Below, piece after piece: positions 27,680 through 41,700 of a DNA stretch of 64,000 nucleotides. The notes beneath the pieces are model-generated. The model did no database searches. It was not told where the DNA came from and was given only the letters and a program-made list of their open reading frames with translations. The number at the start of each line of letters is the position of its first letter. Within the stretch, counting starts at the first letter, position 1. Made by a program: the position numbers and the translations under genes. This DNA is from Octopus vulgaris. Lineage: Eukaryota. Location: positions 10,354,001-10,418,000 of the forward strand of contig OX597832.1 of assembly GCA_951406725.2 (NCBI GenBank), read 5' to 3'.

Positions 27680-29770
27680 AAAAATAGAAGTTAAAAATGC
27701 ACGGAGAATAGTTAAAATATCTTTTGTTAATATATTTGAAGCGCATTAACCTGTTTCACAGTTTACATTGATCTTCAAAAGTTCAAATAGGATGATATAG
27801 TTTATATCGCAGTTGTCTTGTTTCGGACTAGTGTTTGAATTTTGCTCTATCTTTTATGGAGAGTTCATGGCTCAAATTAGCATAGAAAAATGTTAAACGA
27901 TTCATAAACAAATGCAAATAGAAATTTAAAAGAAAAACATCTGAAGGCCGAGAAAACAATATTATACTTTGTGAAGAAAAATGCGAAATCGGGGAATTAC
28001 CATGTTAAGGTAGGAGAGATGTGCTCTTTGGTTCACTAATTATGAATCTCATTTCAAAAACGAGTACACTACCGAGAGCCGATTCCTAAAGAAACTTAAA
28101 TCCCACAAACCCCATTTACAACTGATTAGTCAGCAATTATATCCACTAAATCCTGAAGAACAATTCAAGGGTAATTCGACAAAAAATAATTCAACAAAAA
28201 AATCGACGTTTCTCTCCGACTGGACTGAACTTTCCCTGAAACCGAAGGCATACATAATGGATGAAAAATATCAACTTAAAGACAATTACAGAAACAAACA
28301 CAGTCCAGAACAACAAATGCACAAGTTCGATACAAAAGACCACAAGTTAATAGAGAAAACGTCCTTGAATATATAAATAGTAATAAAAGGAAAACTGAAA
28401 AATCAAAGTGACAGACTTTTCGGCAATAGATGGTACAAACCGAAGATGAGGAACCAAAGATAATTAAATCATCGAAAAAATTTTTTTTCAGTAGAAGAAA
28501 TTAATAATTTGTCAAAAAGGCCTCAAATCAATCCCAACACCACAGCACTCTAACTCCAGTGAAATACAGAATGACAGTTTATAGTTGTGTAGAATACTAT
28601 TCTTAACAGAGGAATTGTACGATAAAGAAATCAGATACGATTCAATTGTAAGAAGCAATAGCAATTATAAGCCTACAAAATTTAAGAATAAAGCTTTTGA
28701 TAATTTTTGTAATTTTGTTTCTACCTTCTATTATAAAGAAATTCCTCACCCGAAGATCAAATCCAATACAAGTCTAAAGGAATGGGATATTATACAGGAA
28801 CTGAAAAACAATAACGGCATTATAATTAAGGAGGCAGATAAGGGAAGTGCTGTAGTCATTATGGATATTGAATACTACAAACAAGATATACTATCTATGT
28901 TACAAGATATGACCCGCTACGAAAAGGTAAGCAAGTACCAACAATCAAAGGCATTCACTAAACTGAACATGTTCATTCACAGACATCAAAAACGTTTAAC
29001 AAACAAAGAATGTGACTACCTAATCCATTTTAATTGCAAGACTAGCTGCTTCCACGGTTTCATATAAATCGAAAAGAATCAAGCTATTCAGGATGCATGT
29101 ACAGAACCAACTTTATTTTGCATAAACATACACTATCACGCTGACCTTTAATTTAGTCTCATCATAGCTAACCTGAACTGTGAAACACAGATTCAGGAAT
29201 TTTTAGATATATTGCTGAAATCTATTTTAAAATACATACCAAGATTTCTGAGGGACGACATGGACCTGTTAAATCACCTTCCAAAATACATAGACAGTGA
29301 TACCACTGTTGTATCTTTTAATGTGGTGAACCTTTGTACCACAATCCAGCACCAATATAGACTAGAGGTAATAAATGTCTGGCTTGAGAAATTCCCTCAT
29401 GAGATTCCGGACAGAACTGAAAAAAGTTTCATCACTGAATGATTAATATTTATCTTCGAAAACAGCACTATTGATTTCGATGGCAAAAATTGAAAGCAAA
29501 TATCTAGGATGCGATTGGGAAAAAAAGTTGCGACGTACGCCAATCTAGTCATGGCATATATGGAGGGTCAGATATATGAACAAGCCAAATTAATATATGG
29601 CTGTGACTTCCACAAATATCTACTAGGTAACTGGAAACGTTACTTAGATGAGTGCCTAATCCTATGGACGTACACATTTGAACAACTTATAGAAATACTC
29701 AAAATACTCAAAAGTAAAAGAGAACTAAATTCCCTCAAGAAATTCCTCACAAGTGCTAAAGTACCTTCAA
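27680..29770 (+). mobile_element. Penelope-like retroelement RT pseudogene with upstream inverted terminal fragment
   Basis: IIIKEADKGSAVVIMD, SFNVVNLCTTI, ATYANLVMAYME and WKRYLDE (YxDD-like) motifs in order; stops and frameshifts; minus-strand TTGAAGA..GAAA..TA motif at 27744-27782. Confidence 0.88.
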
Positions 29771-30500
29771 CTATCCATACATCAGAAGATAGAAATGGCT
29801 AGCGAGGAAGATATAGAAGAGTGTTTAAAAGATATAAGAATTAATGTTTAATCTTACAGCAGAGGAAGAAAGTTTGGTACAGTGAAGCTGCGCTTCCCTG
29901 CTGTGGAGGATGCAGTAATGTACTCCACTGTAACATTGAAAACAGAAAATGGGCATTCTTGCCAACATATCTCGGGAAAAGAGTAACAAAAACGAAGATT
30001 GGTTGGGTGCCTACCTGAGATTAATGAGATGAAGCTGCTTGCAGCAATCTTAATAGAAACAAAGGAGAATCCAGAATTACTGCAAGTAAGCCGCAGCAAA
30101 CAATTGAATGGTGGGGGATACGGCCTGGCAATTATAATCCAGGCCACATGACTGGACCTACAGGAAATTACCGAAGAGATAGGGTCACCAGAAGATGTGA
30201 AGCTACGAGTGGTGGTAGAAGGAAGGCCTCCCCCCTGCTACTACTGCAGAAAGAAGGGGCACATTACGGCGAGTTGACACCTTTTTAATAGCCAAGTACC
30301 AGTAGAGGAGATACAAGAAGCAAAGAACAGAGACAAGAAATCAAAGTAAAATACAGAAAAAGCAAATGTAGAAAGCAGAGATGGAGTCCAAGAAAAACAG
30401 AAGAGAATGCGGAGGGTGTTACAAACTCCCCACCCCAGAAAAACTAAAAAAAGAAGAAAAAGAAGCAAGGAAGTAACATACAGACATCCACACAGTTTAT
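29771..30500 (+). mobile_element. L1/Tx1-like LINE ORF1 (gag-like zinc knuckle) remnant
   Basis: RGRKFGTVKLRF...LRVVVEGRPPPCYYCRKKGHITAS* : CX2CX4HX4C knuckle with the final Cys codon turned to TGA. Confidence 0.75.
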
Positions 30501-33436
30501 CACATTAGTAAACAGAGACAGCACAGAATCTCCAGATGAATACATACAAGCAGAAACACAAGCTGACACACGGGCATTACAGACCAGACACAGGGAGTAT
30601 CTAACGAACTATTGGACGAGCGAGTCCATTGAGGAAAAATTGCATAAATGAAGTTGGCAATCATAATTGTAGGGGAGGAAAATATATGCGTAACAGGCAT
30701 GGAGTGTATATTAATAAACATAAAAAAAAAATACAAAAAATTAAAAGCAAGCTTTGACAATGGCGTGAACCCACTGGGGCGGGAGGTAAGATACGTTAAT
30801 CTGCCACCTATGATAGAATTTGAACAAGTGAAACCATTATTTTATATAATTAAGATAAATTAATTTGATAATCGTTGGCATAAAAGAAGAGAAAAAACAT
30901 GTAGTTATAATGGTATTACTCGAACGTGACGATCGAGTAGGCATCGCACCTTCATCATTGTATAAATCCATTTCATTCATTCGTTAATATTTTCTTGCCC
31001 CATTTGTGCTGTTTTGTCCGCCCTTGTTCGTCTTTACCGTGTAGGGCCCTCAGTATTCAATGAAATGAAAAAACAGTCAGCGAGCCATGACGTTCAGTTG
31101 GTTATTTATTGTTTGACGTCGTTTTGTTGCAGTTGTTCTCTTTAGGACTCTCACATGATTAAAAACTGTTAGTGGCTTTTAACACATTGTTCGCATGGAC
31201 AGGCTCGGTTTTCCTCTTGTTAGGAGCGAATTGTTTGCATTTTGTGTGGGATTTGGGCCCGCACAAAAAGAAATAGTGATTTGTAAAACGTGTTGGATAT
31301 CATTGCCTCTGAAAAAAAAATATTTATAGCACCAGTATTACCTTCTGTAGGCAGAAGATAAATCGGGTGCACTATATTTTATACGACTGTTACAGAAAAT
31401 AGCTATTATATTTTTTGTATTTTTTTAGCTTTGCCTACACAAGAGAACGTATATCCTATAATGCTGGAATGCTTGTATATATATATGTGTGTGTGTACCT
31501 GTGTTTGCTCTTGTGCGTGTGTAAGTTGTCCATACACACACAGAGACACACCACACTCACACACACATGCCTATTCATAAAGCATTCTATAGTCTAATTC
31601 ATACGAAGTATTCTGCCGTTCTTGGAGTTCATTCACTTCCTGTAGTTTATACAAATTACCATTCAACACTAATATTAACTCTGTCGCTGGTATATATATA
31701 TATATATATATATATGCATACATGCATTAATAGTAAGCGTTGTCACGCACACGTTTTCTAACATAAAATAAGCACCATGTATGTTCAGACGTTAAATCTC
31801 TGTCATGCAATAATTTGTCCAAAATTGTTTCTATGCCAATATGAATCAAGATGCGTCATTTATCTTTTAATATCTATAAATTTCAATATTAATTGTGAAT
31901 TATTCCCCTGCTTCCAAGATATTTTCTGGGAACTTACTTCCACTATGGAAAGTGATGGTCGGCAGCACTAAATATTGACGCAATGTGTAGCGATATATCT
32001 ATAATTGTATTGATTCTCGACGAGTAGCCTTAGGTCATTCTTTCCTAAATGAACTGCAATCATATGCCTTCGTTCATTAGACACGAGAAATGAAATTTTC
32101 ACCGTACCATATTAAACACAGACTTATAAACATCAAACCATGTATCGAATTATTTTATGTACTGTCGGGATGGAGAATTTCCTACACATGTATGCATTGG
32201 TATTGCTCTAAAATTAGAATACTCTTTCCATGAATAACAACTAAACATTAAGATTTCCAAATGAGACGTTTTCTGTATATGCACTCATATCTCTGGCATT
32301 AACATATTTGTCTATATTTAAATTCATTGCGTTATATGTAGGAAGTTGTCGCTCGTTTATTTAGTAATCACTCATATACTTAACTCGAACACCGCAAATA
32401 TTTCTCATCCGATATTTGTCTGTCCGAATGCGTGGCACCTTCAGCATATGTATGTTACTATAACCACGGATGTGAAAAGTTTTCTGAGTAAATTTGCTGG
32501 CAGGAAGCTGAAAGAATTATGTCGCATATATGTATACATGTGCGTGTGTTGTGATTGTGTGTCTATGCGTGTGTCTGTTTGGATTTGCTCCAATTCGACC
32601 ACCTAAGACGTAATATTTGTTTGCTTAAGTTTGTCGTAACTAGCGGTTTGGCAAGACAAGACAAGCCAATAGATTATGTACCAGACGAAAAAGATTAATT
32701 CTAGTGACAATCCATTCGACTAGAATTCTTCAAGGTGATGCCCAAACATGTCTACATCCCAATGACAGAAACAAAGAAAAGATTATTTGGAGTCTAAAAT
32801 CGCTACCCGGTCATCGCTGCTGATCACTAGTGTTTCTCCGATGCAAGAGCTGAGCATATGAAGGAAAAACATGCTGCAGAATCAGCAATCCCATTTCATG
32901 TTTAACACCAACTGTAAAGTTTTTAAAAATTGGTCATCCGATGTGTAATTAGTTGCAGTCATTATTGTTATAACATTGGCTACATGGGGTTCATTAATGC
33001 TCGATTCTGACGGTTTCTAATAGAATTATATCATATCTTGCAATTAAACGTCTTCCAAGACGGGAAAATATTTCCTAAAAACGAGTAGAATGCCTCGGTG
33101 CAGAAATTTATTGTAAAATTGTCTTATTAGAAGGGCAATTTTGTTGTAAATGTTTATCATCGTATTTTTTTCACTGCGAACATAGAAGCGTCAAGAATAA
33201 TTCTTTTTTTAAATCACATGATTGAAACTGTCAATGGCCCCGAAAGAACGGATGAGAGGCTGTAAATCTATTTATAAAGTCAACACATATCTAGAAGAAC
33301 AACATAAAGCTGTCACAGAGTAACCAAAGCTATTTGACCAAGAAAATTCGAATAACATATAGAATAATAAATGAAATTCTGATATTCAAATTAAACGCTT
33401 CTCTTCGACGCGCAAATTTTCTTGTATCTCTGAAAG

Positions 33437-33645
33437 GGTACCATCAGTTCATGAGTTTTGTATGGGGATTTTCGAACTTCCGACATCCATCATATTCCAA
33501 GTATGAATACGTCCACATTGTTCCAGATGGAAAAGGTGGAGTGAATGACGTATATGTAGAAGGAGCAAGGCCGGTACTAAGCCCCTGCAGCTCCTGTAGC
33601 CCCTGCCGGTCGGAGGGGTCTCCGCGGTTGAGGTACACCATGTGA
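33437..33645 (+). CDS. Candidate terminal coding exon of an unidentified gene
   Basis: Non-repetitive, GC-richer island; pyrimidine tract and AG (ttttcttgtatctctgaaag) then YHQFMSFVWGFSNFRHPSYSKYEYVHIVPDGKGGVNDVYVEG...RYTM*; AATAAA about 100 nt downstream. Antisense frames are also open, so strand is uncertain. Confidence 0.4.
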
Positions 33646-34186
33646 AGATCAAACTACATAGAAGAACTATCTATTTACTGTGGTTCAGATGTTAATTCAA
33701 ACGCTTCAATCCAGACGAGGAAAATAATACGAGGGTGCACCGTAAATAAAGTTAAAAGAAACAAAGTAAATGTAAAAAGCTTGCCAATGAATTCCCTGGG
33801 GAGATAAAAGGAAAACGAAAGAAATGCAAAACAGTGAAAATAAGAACTTCAACAGAAAAAAACAAGAAAAAGATGCAATGGTGATGAAAGTTATACATAC
33901 ACACAAAGATACACACACAAGTATACGTACACACATATATTAATACGTACATACATACATACATACATACATACATACATACATACATACATACATACAT
34001 ACACACATATATGCATACATAAACGACTGGCTTCTTTCTGTTACCGCCGACGAAATTCAATCGCAATGCTTTGGCCAGCTCGAGTCGATAGACAGATAGA
34101 AGTGTACCAAACACACACACGCATCTCTTAGACGCTCTGTCTCTCCCCCTTTCTCTCTTTATTTTATTTCATTCATTCTATATATA

Positions 34187-34248
<62 letters not shown>

Positions 34249-34266
34249 GATAACCGACAAGGATAA

Positions 34267-35479
34267 CCAGAGGTAAAAGCAGTACGATCGTTTCAAGCCA
34301 CACCATTTAATTAAATAATGCAATCATTACATCAAATTAAATGCAGAGCAATCGTCATCTGCATAAAGACGTAGAATTTAATTAAATTAAAACCGATGAG
34401 CATTAGAATAATTTTATTATATAGCATAATTTTAGTATAATTTTACCTAAAATCTCCAAGAAGGTAAGGAGATAGACAAAGAACATGCTGTCTTCACTTC
34501 AGCTTAGAAGATACTAATGTATTAGGAAAAATGACTTGTTCCAAATTTTAATTGTCACTGTTTTATGCGGTCAGTTTTTTTTTATAGACTACTTTATCAA
34601 ATCTTTGTATAACTAAGGCAAAAAGAACACGGCGCAGTGTCTGTTCAGAAGGGAGCTGAGGGAGTCGACAGAATTCATAGTGGGTATAGTCATAAAAAAA
34701 CTATCAAGATTTATTTGAAGCAATATCATGAGATTTGGTAAAGGAAATTTTAAATCAAGATGTTAGCTGACAATAAAATATGGTCTACCACTAGTAGACC
34801 ATAGATAATATAACAGGGGAAATCTTATCATGTGGTACTATAGTTAAATATTTTAAGCAATATTGCCATTATTGTATAAATTCAAAATTTAGGGTTATTC
34901 AGAAGATTAGTAACAAGAATATTATAACAAAAGGATAATTTTAAAAATATTTTGTGTATATACCAAACTTTTACCACAATAGAGGAAGGAAACGAAACTA
35001 TCAAGAAATAGTTTAATATTTAAACATTTTATATACTTAAATATTAACGCAGTAGATTGTATATGTGAAGATTGACCAATTTGTATATACTGGTATTTAA
35101 TAAAGGAGTACTGACATGCTAACTATATATAAACATGCTAACTATATATAACTATATATAACATGCTAACTATATATAAATAAAATGATAATATATGCAG
35201 GTTATTTTAAGTAGTGAATATACTTTTATTGTTTTATATAATTATGGATTTATAGAGGCACAAAAATTAAATTTATTTTATAACTAAATAAATAAAGGTT
35301 ATTAATTATAAAACGTGATAAAGTATATATAACTTGCTACCATTAATAGAGACGTTTTATAGAAAATCTATAATAATTTAATTATACTAAACTAAAAATT
35401 ATATATTTACTTTTTTTACATGATGGCATTGTTCAATTAAATAGAGTTGCTTGAAACGATCGTACTACATTACCTCTGG
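34267..35479. mobile_element. ~1.2-kb AT-rich element with ~60-bp imperfect terminal inverted repeats (probably PLE-derived)
   Basis: ccagaggtaaaagcagtacgatcgtttcaagc (34267) vs gcttgaaacgatcgtactacattacctctgg (ends 35479); each arm has GAAA-cgatcg-TA; begins just after a (TA)n run. Confidence 0.65.
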
Positions 35480-35857
35480 AAAACCGTGTTTTTTATTTTA
35501 AGAACCTTATTTTGAAATTGTATGGTTAATATGCACCATGTATCTCCAGACGTTAAATCCCTGTCATACAATATGTCTCTGTCATGCAATATGTGTCCAA
35601 AATATATTTGGAAGAACATTGTCGCTGTGAAATTTCTTTCCGTTTCCTTCTTTATTTTATTTTCTACCTTTTTCATTTTACTCTCTTTCTTTATCTCTGT
35701 GTTTCTACTCCTTCTTTTTCTATCACATGACTTTGTAAATGAACTATCTGGTGTGCTTACTTTTATGACCTACCAATGTATAATTTGATTTCCTTAGCCC
35801 TAGGTGCTGGGAAGACACTCGGCAAGAAACGGAGGCAAAAATGAAAGAAGACAATAT

Positions 35858-35944
<87 letters not shown>

Positions 35945-35954
35945 CAACAACAAC

Positions 35955-36010
<56 letters not shown>

Positions 36011-36080
36011 GAAGAAGAAGAAGAAGAAGAGGAAGAAGAAGAAGAAGAACAACAACAACAACAACAACAGCAATACCAAC
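35858..36080. repeat. Compound trinucleotide microsatellite (TAC/TAA/CAA/GAA)
   Basis: Directly visible. Confidence 0.95.
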
Positions 36081-36974
36081 AACGATATATCCATATTTTG
36101 CCACTAAGCTAGCAGCTTTTGGGTTAGGTTTGACCCCTAGGTTTGTTACCTTTTTATCGACATTTTTTTATAAAGCTTGCCAAGATTTATTCAACGGGAA
36201 GAGACTACTCTCTTCATTGTTTTCATTCCTAGAATAAAATGAGAAGGGGAAAAACCACCCGATTGCTTTTACCCGACTACTTCGGATTTGTGCAGCATTT
36301 GATAATGTTCCAGCTCTTTGCTGAATCCAGAAGTGCAGCTGCGTCAATGAGGAGAGTTGTGTAAGTAAGTATCTATATCTACAATGTTTTTTTACACATT
36401 TCCCTGCGTAAGAATTATCATTATTCATCGGTGCCTCAGCTTGCAATCGCGCACCAGCATACCAAGCCTTTTTATATCGTTTGAAGTGACCTTAGATGGA
36501 ACGACCGAATAGTGAGAAACGCCTCAGTAGCATTAATAATCACGAATTTATGAAGTGTTATTGTTTGTAATGTAAATTCAACACAGGATTTATGTTTCAA
36601 GGAACCTGCTTAGCGGATCGATACGTGGATGTCATGACAATCCATATTGAGGTGCACACTGTGACCCTTGCTCATGTTTAAGCGAAATAAATGGCTGCAA
36701 GTGAACATCTGCACTGAGCTGAAGCCAATTTCTCACATACTGCATTATAATAATAGCGGGATTTCTCTATCTCATTTAAATTGTCAATTTCCCATCCAAT
36801 AATGAAATACTCAAGGTGATGAGCATTTTACTTGCACACATGTACACGCACACGCATGCACATACATATACGTAGATACGTGTGCAGTTAGGTGTGCGTG
36901 TGTGTGTATGTGTGTATGTGTGTGCTTATGTACATACAAAAACAGGCAAGCATAAACATAGTGACACAAACAGA

Positions 36975-37272
<298 letters not shown>

Positions 37273-38811
37273 TGAGCCTGTATGTGAGGGTATGCATATC
37301 GGAATGCATACACAAATACTAACCTCAATAAATACTTACCCACAACATGCATGAAATGCATACAAAACAAAAAGAAACGTGATTGTTGTTACACAATTAC
37401 GCAGCCCCCGCCACTTGGAGCAAAAACATCCTTGATGTAGCAAATATGAACACTGCCGACTTAACGTCTTAATCTACAATGTTGGCCCTGATTTATGTTG
37501 AACTGTAACATATTCGGAGCTTTATAGAAGTTGATATATGCCAACCAATACTTTATGTCATATATCTCCTGTTTATATCGGAAGTATGCTTGTCATTTTA
37601 CTAACAAATATTTAGATTTTTTAAGAAATATATATGTTTCAAAATATATTAGTGATAATAAAAAGGGGATATTTAAACATAAACCGAATGTCTCGTGTTT
37701 ATTCTATTTTTAAGTGTGTGGTTAGTTATATTACAGTTCAAACACACACAGAGTGAAATATTTTACCATGACCTCAAATGCCACGAACTATCAAATTACG
37801 GTACGATATAAACAAGTAATGCAGCAATATACATATAAGAGTTTCAAACTATAAATCCATAACGGATTAAAACTTCCAACTGGAGACTATTCTTCTTGAA
37901 ACACGTTTCGTATTTCAAGCTAATTTCTCTCCTCCCCACTTTACAACCGTCTCGTCGGCTCTTTAAACACTCATTTGCAACAACCTACCTCCTGATTACA
38001 AGAAAATAGAAAACATACGAAGAAATAAAAAATATATATAAATACAGCGTGATTATTATACAGTCAACCTTGTAACCTAATTCAAAATCCTAACTAATGC
38101 CAAACACTAACGCGACTCAACTTTGTTTTGTTCATAACATTGTTATTAGCTTAACATTGGTTTAACCTTTTTTTCCTTTACTTCCTCAGTTATATGCTAC
38201 TACGATAATGACATATAATTTGCTATAATGTATTGTAATGTCTTAAATGAAAATATCGTACCTAAGAAAAAATGTCAGCTTATCGAGCAACAAACATTCA
38301 ATTCAGCTAGTGTATATTCATTATAAATGCGCTCTTCCATATTCAGACGGATCTTTCCTATCAAGGAAAAATATCTGTCATCTTTGCACTTCTCAATATT
38401 TATCTCGCTTCACTGAGAACCTGAAGTAAACTGTTCGGAGTAATTGTCTATGTTGCAATGGAATCGATTTAACTATATTGCTTGATGTAATCAAATATAC
38501 ATAACTTTACGTAATCATTTGATAAGTTTATGTTCGTAAGAGTCTGCGATCTTGAGATGATATCTCCATTTTAGACCTATCGAAAATAGTAGAGTTGTGT
38601 TAGAGTTAGCTGAGCGAAAATTTCCATCGGATTTCACGCGATACTTATATATTTCAGTTTTTGTCTCTTTTCCCCTCTTCCATATTTCTCTACGTGAACT
38701 TTCATACATTCATCCACACACACGCATACACATACACATATAAAGAGAGGGAGAGATAGATAGATACATAATACATATATACATAATACATATATACATA
38801 ATACATATATA

Positions 38812-39213
38812 GGCGCAGGAGCGGCTGTTTGGTAAGTAGCTTGCTTACCAACCACATGTTTCCGGGTTCAGTCCCACTGCGTGGCACCTTGGGCAATTGT
38901 CTTCTACTATAGCCTCGGGCCGACCAAAGCCTTGTGACTGGATTTGGTAGACGGAAACTGAAAGAAGCCCGTCGTATCTATATATATATATATATATGTG
39001 TGTATGCGTGTATGTTTGTGTGTCTGTATTTGTTCCCTAGCATTGCTTCACAACCGATGCTGGTGTGTTTATGTCCCCGTTACTTAGCGGTTCAGCAAAA
39101 GAGACCGAGAGAATAAGTACTGGGCTTACAAAGAATAAGCCCCGGAGTCGAGTTGCTCGACTAAAGTCGGTGCTCCAGCATGGCCGCAGTCAAATGACTG
39201 AAACAAGTAAAAG
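38812..39213 (+). mobile_element. Full-length tRNA-derived SINE family A
   Basis: Head ggcgcaggagcggctgtttggtaag (A-box-like), B-box gggttcagtccc, internal (TA)/(TG) tract, tail gactgaaacaagtaaaag; many related copies in the window. Confidence 0.92.
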
Positions 39214-39814
39214 TGAAAGAGAGAGAATACATAAACACACGCACACACACATACAAACATACATACATGCACGCATACACCTCACATTATATAAATAAGA
39301 GAAGAATAGACACAAACACACACAAGATGTAATATTTCTGAATTTATTTTGACCATTCCTAGCAGAATCTATATTCGTATTTATTTACATTGTTTAAATC
39401 TTCTTAAATTTTTCTCTTGGCTACTTTTAACCTACTTATATTCTTTGGTATGATAGTTTCTTCCCTCCCCTCTTTCCTTTACTCTTTGTGTCGATGTGTC
39501 AGTGTAATCGTCTATCTGTCACGTCATTCTTAGCTTCAATTGACCTCTGTTGGTACTTATCTCGTCCTTCCTCTTCCTCTTTATCTCATTTTAACTCATT
39601 TTGATCTTACTACAATCTTTCACCACCATCTCTCACTCTTCATTACCCCACCATTGTAAAACTCTTATACTACACACGCCACCATTCCATCATTGACACC
39701 ACTTCCTCCACGTTTTACTTCAAATACCACTGGCCTTTACTCCTTTCATCCCACACCCTTTCTCTAAAACAATCTTCTTACTGTAAAGTATAGAAGCCAT
39801 CTTATCATGGCTAA

Positions 39815-39900
39815 CCACATTGGGGAGGGGGTGTTACTGTAGCTATATAGCCCCAAGAGATCTTCGTCTCTAGCTGGCTTTAGACACAATATCTGTGTCC
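39815..39900. repeat. Interspersed repeat shared in inverted orientation with 45718-45810
   Basis: Reverse complement ggacacagatattgtgtctaaagccagct...ggggctatatagctacagtaacacc matches ggacacagatagtgtgtctatggccagct...ggggctaaaaactacagtagcatcc. Confidence 0.7.
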
Positions 39901-40013
39901 TTACTATGTAGGTGATAAGTCTACCCATTACGATTTGAGTGGAAAAAGGCAATATTTGATATTCACTCCAGAAATTCATATGACTAAAAGTGTGTGTCTT
40001 TGTTCATATCTCA

Positions 40014-40212
40014 TTGTGGTCATGTGGTAAGAAGCTTGCTTCTCAGCTATATGGTTGCAGGTTCGGTCCCACTGCGTGGCACCTTGACCAATTATCTTCT
40101 GGAGTCTTGTGACTGGAATTGGTAGACTGAAAATGAAAAAAGCCCGTCATAGTATGTATGTATGTATGTATGTATGTATGTATGTATGTATGTATGTATG
40201 TATGTATGTATG

Positions 40213-40243
<31 letters not shown>

Positions 40244-40870
40244 TGTATGTATGTATGTATGTATGTATGTATGTATGTATGTATGTATGTATGTATGTAT
40301 GTATGTATGTATGTATGTATGTATGTATGTATGTATGTATGTATGTATGTATGTATGTATGTATGTATGTATGTATGTATGTATGTATGTATGTATGTAT
40401 GTATGTATGTATGTATGTATGTATGTATGTATGTATGTATGTATGTATGTATGTATGTATGTATGTATGTATGTATGTATGTATGTATGTATGTATGTAT
40501 GTATGTATGTATGTATGTATGTATGTATGTATGTATGTATGTATGCATGTATGTATGTATGCATGCATGCATGCATGCATGCACGTACGTACGTACGCAC
40601 GCACGCACGGACGGACGGACGGACGGACGGATGTATGGATGGATGGATGGATGTATGTATGTATGTATGTATGTATCTATATATGTAGGCATATATGTAT
40701 GCATTTATGTATGTATGTGTGTGCGTTTATCTATGTCTCTGTGTCTATGTGTCTCTATTTGTACCACCATTGCTACCTAACAAGTTGGCAAATACGGACA
40801 GGATAAGTAAAATCCTGTGGTCAATTCGTTTCGTCTATGACTCTTCAAGGAGGTCCACCAGCATGGCCAC
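40014..40870 (+). mobile_element. SINE family A copy with a ~530-bp internal (TATG)n-based expansion
   Basis: SINE head (ggttcggtcccactgcgtggcacc...agcccgtc) and tail (ccagcatggccac) flank the tract at 40153-40680. Confidence 0.85.
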
Positions 40871-40999
40871 AACCGTCCTTAAATCATGTTCTGAGTGTGA
40901 TACGCAGAACGTCAGTATTTGTGTCTGTTAATACTTCATTTCCATGTTGATTCACCAAGTTATTTCTTAAGAGGTTCGCAGTGCCTCTCAGATTTGAAA

Positions 41000-41700
41000 T
41001 ATGATTTCTAAAATATATCAACGAACTATGTTCTAATTTCCTTCCAAGTTCTCCAGCTGACTAACTCTAAATTATGACACAGGTTCTTCCAATCAATGAA
41101 ATTCGCCCTCTATTCAACTCTCATTATTTTAGTCGGCAACAAAATCTCATCGTGTCCACCACATTGCTAAATTGTCATTTACATTGCTTCCAACTTATTC
41201 AGCAGTGAACATCTCAAATATTTCCCATTTATCATCAAAGTGCTGCACTAGGATTCGACTACATTATCTTTAATTCAGAAATTAATTTCGTAGAAATGTT
41301 GGTTTCTATTTGACATCTTAACCGAACACCACTGTACTGGACCTAACTTATGAATTTCACCGTATTGTCGATAATTCTCACACAAAACTTGCTAGCTGTG
41401 TCAGACAATTTCTCAAGCACTACCACCTCTTCAATGTTCATGTCATTGATCCTGTTCTCTATGGAGTGTATTCCTTGAGCCGTACAGCCATATAAATATT
41501 AACATTCAGCTCTAAGGCTCGGAAGCTATTTACTTGCTCTTCAGTTTCTACGAAACCACTTGGTAAATTTAGATCACTTTCCTTTGTAACACAGGAAACT
41601 TCTTACTTAGATACTAGAAACCCATGTTAATTAACCACTTCTAACTAAAACATTAAATACTCATTCTCATTTGTACCCGTGTCTTCTAATGCATGCAGTC
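41000..41700 (-). mobile_element. Possible highly decayed RTE-type LINE
   Basis: Faint minus-strand resemblance to RLRWxGH..R..LPxKI..GR; heavily broken. Confidence 0.3.

Noticed and set aside
37340-37474. Minus-strand open frame IKTLSRQC...FLFVLYAFHACC ending at a gtaagt donor
   Set aside because: Weak acceptor, and the spliced product with the 33.6-kb segment does not look like a real protein
38812-38890. tRNA-like A/B boxes, also in SINE B and C heads
   Set aside because: SINE heads without a complete cloverleaf; not tRNA genes
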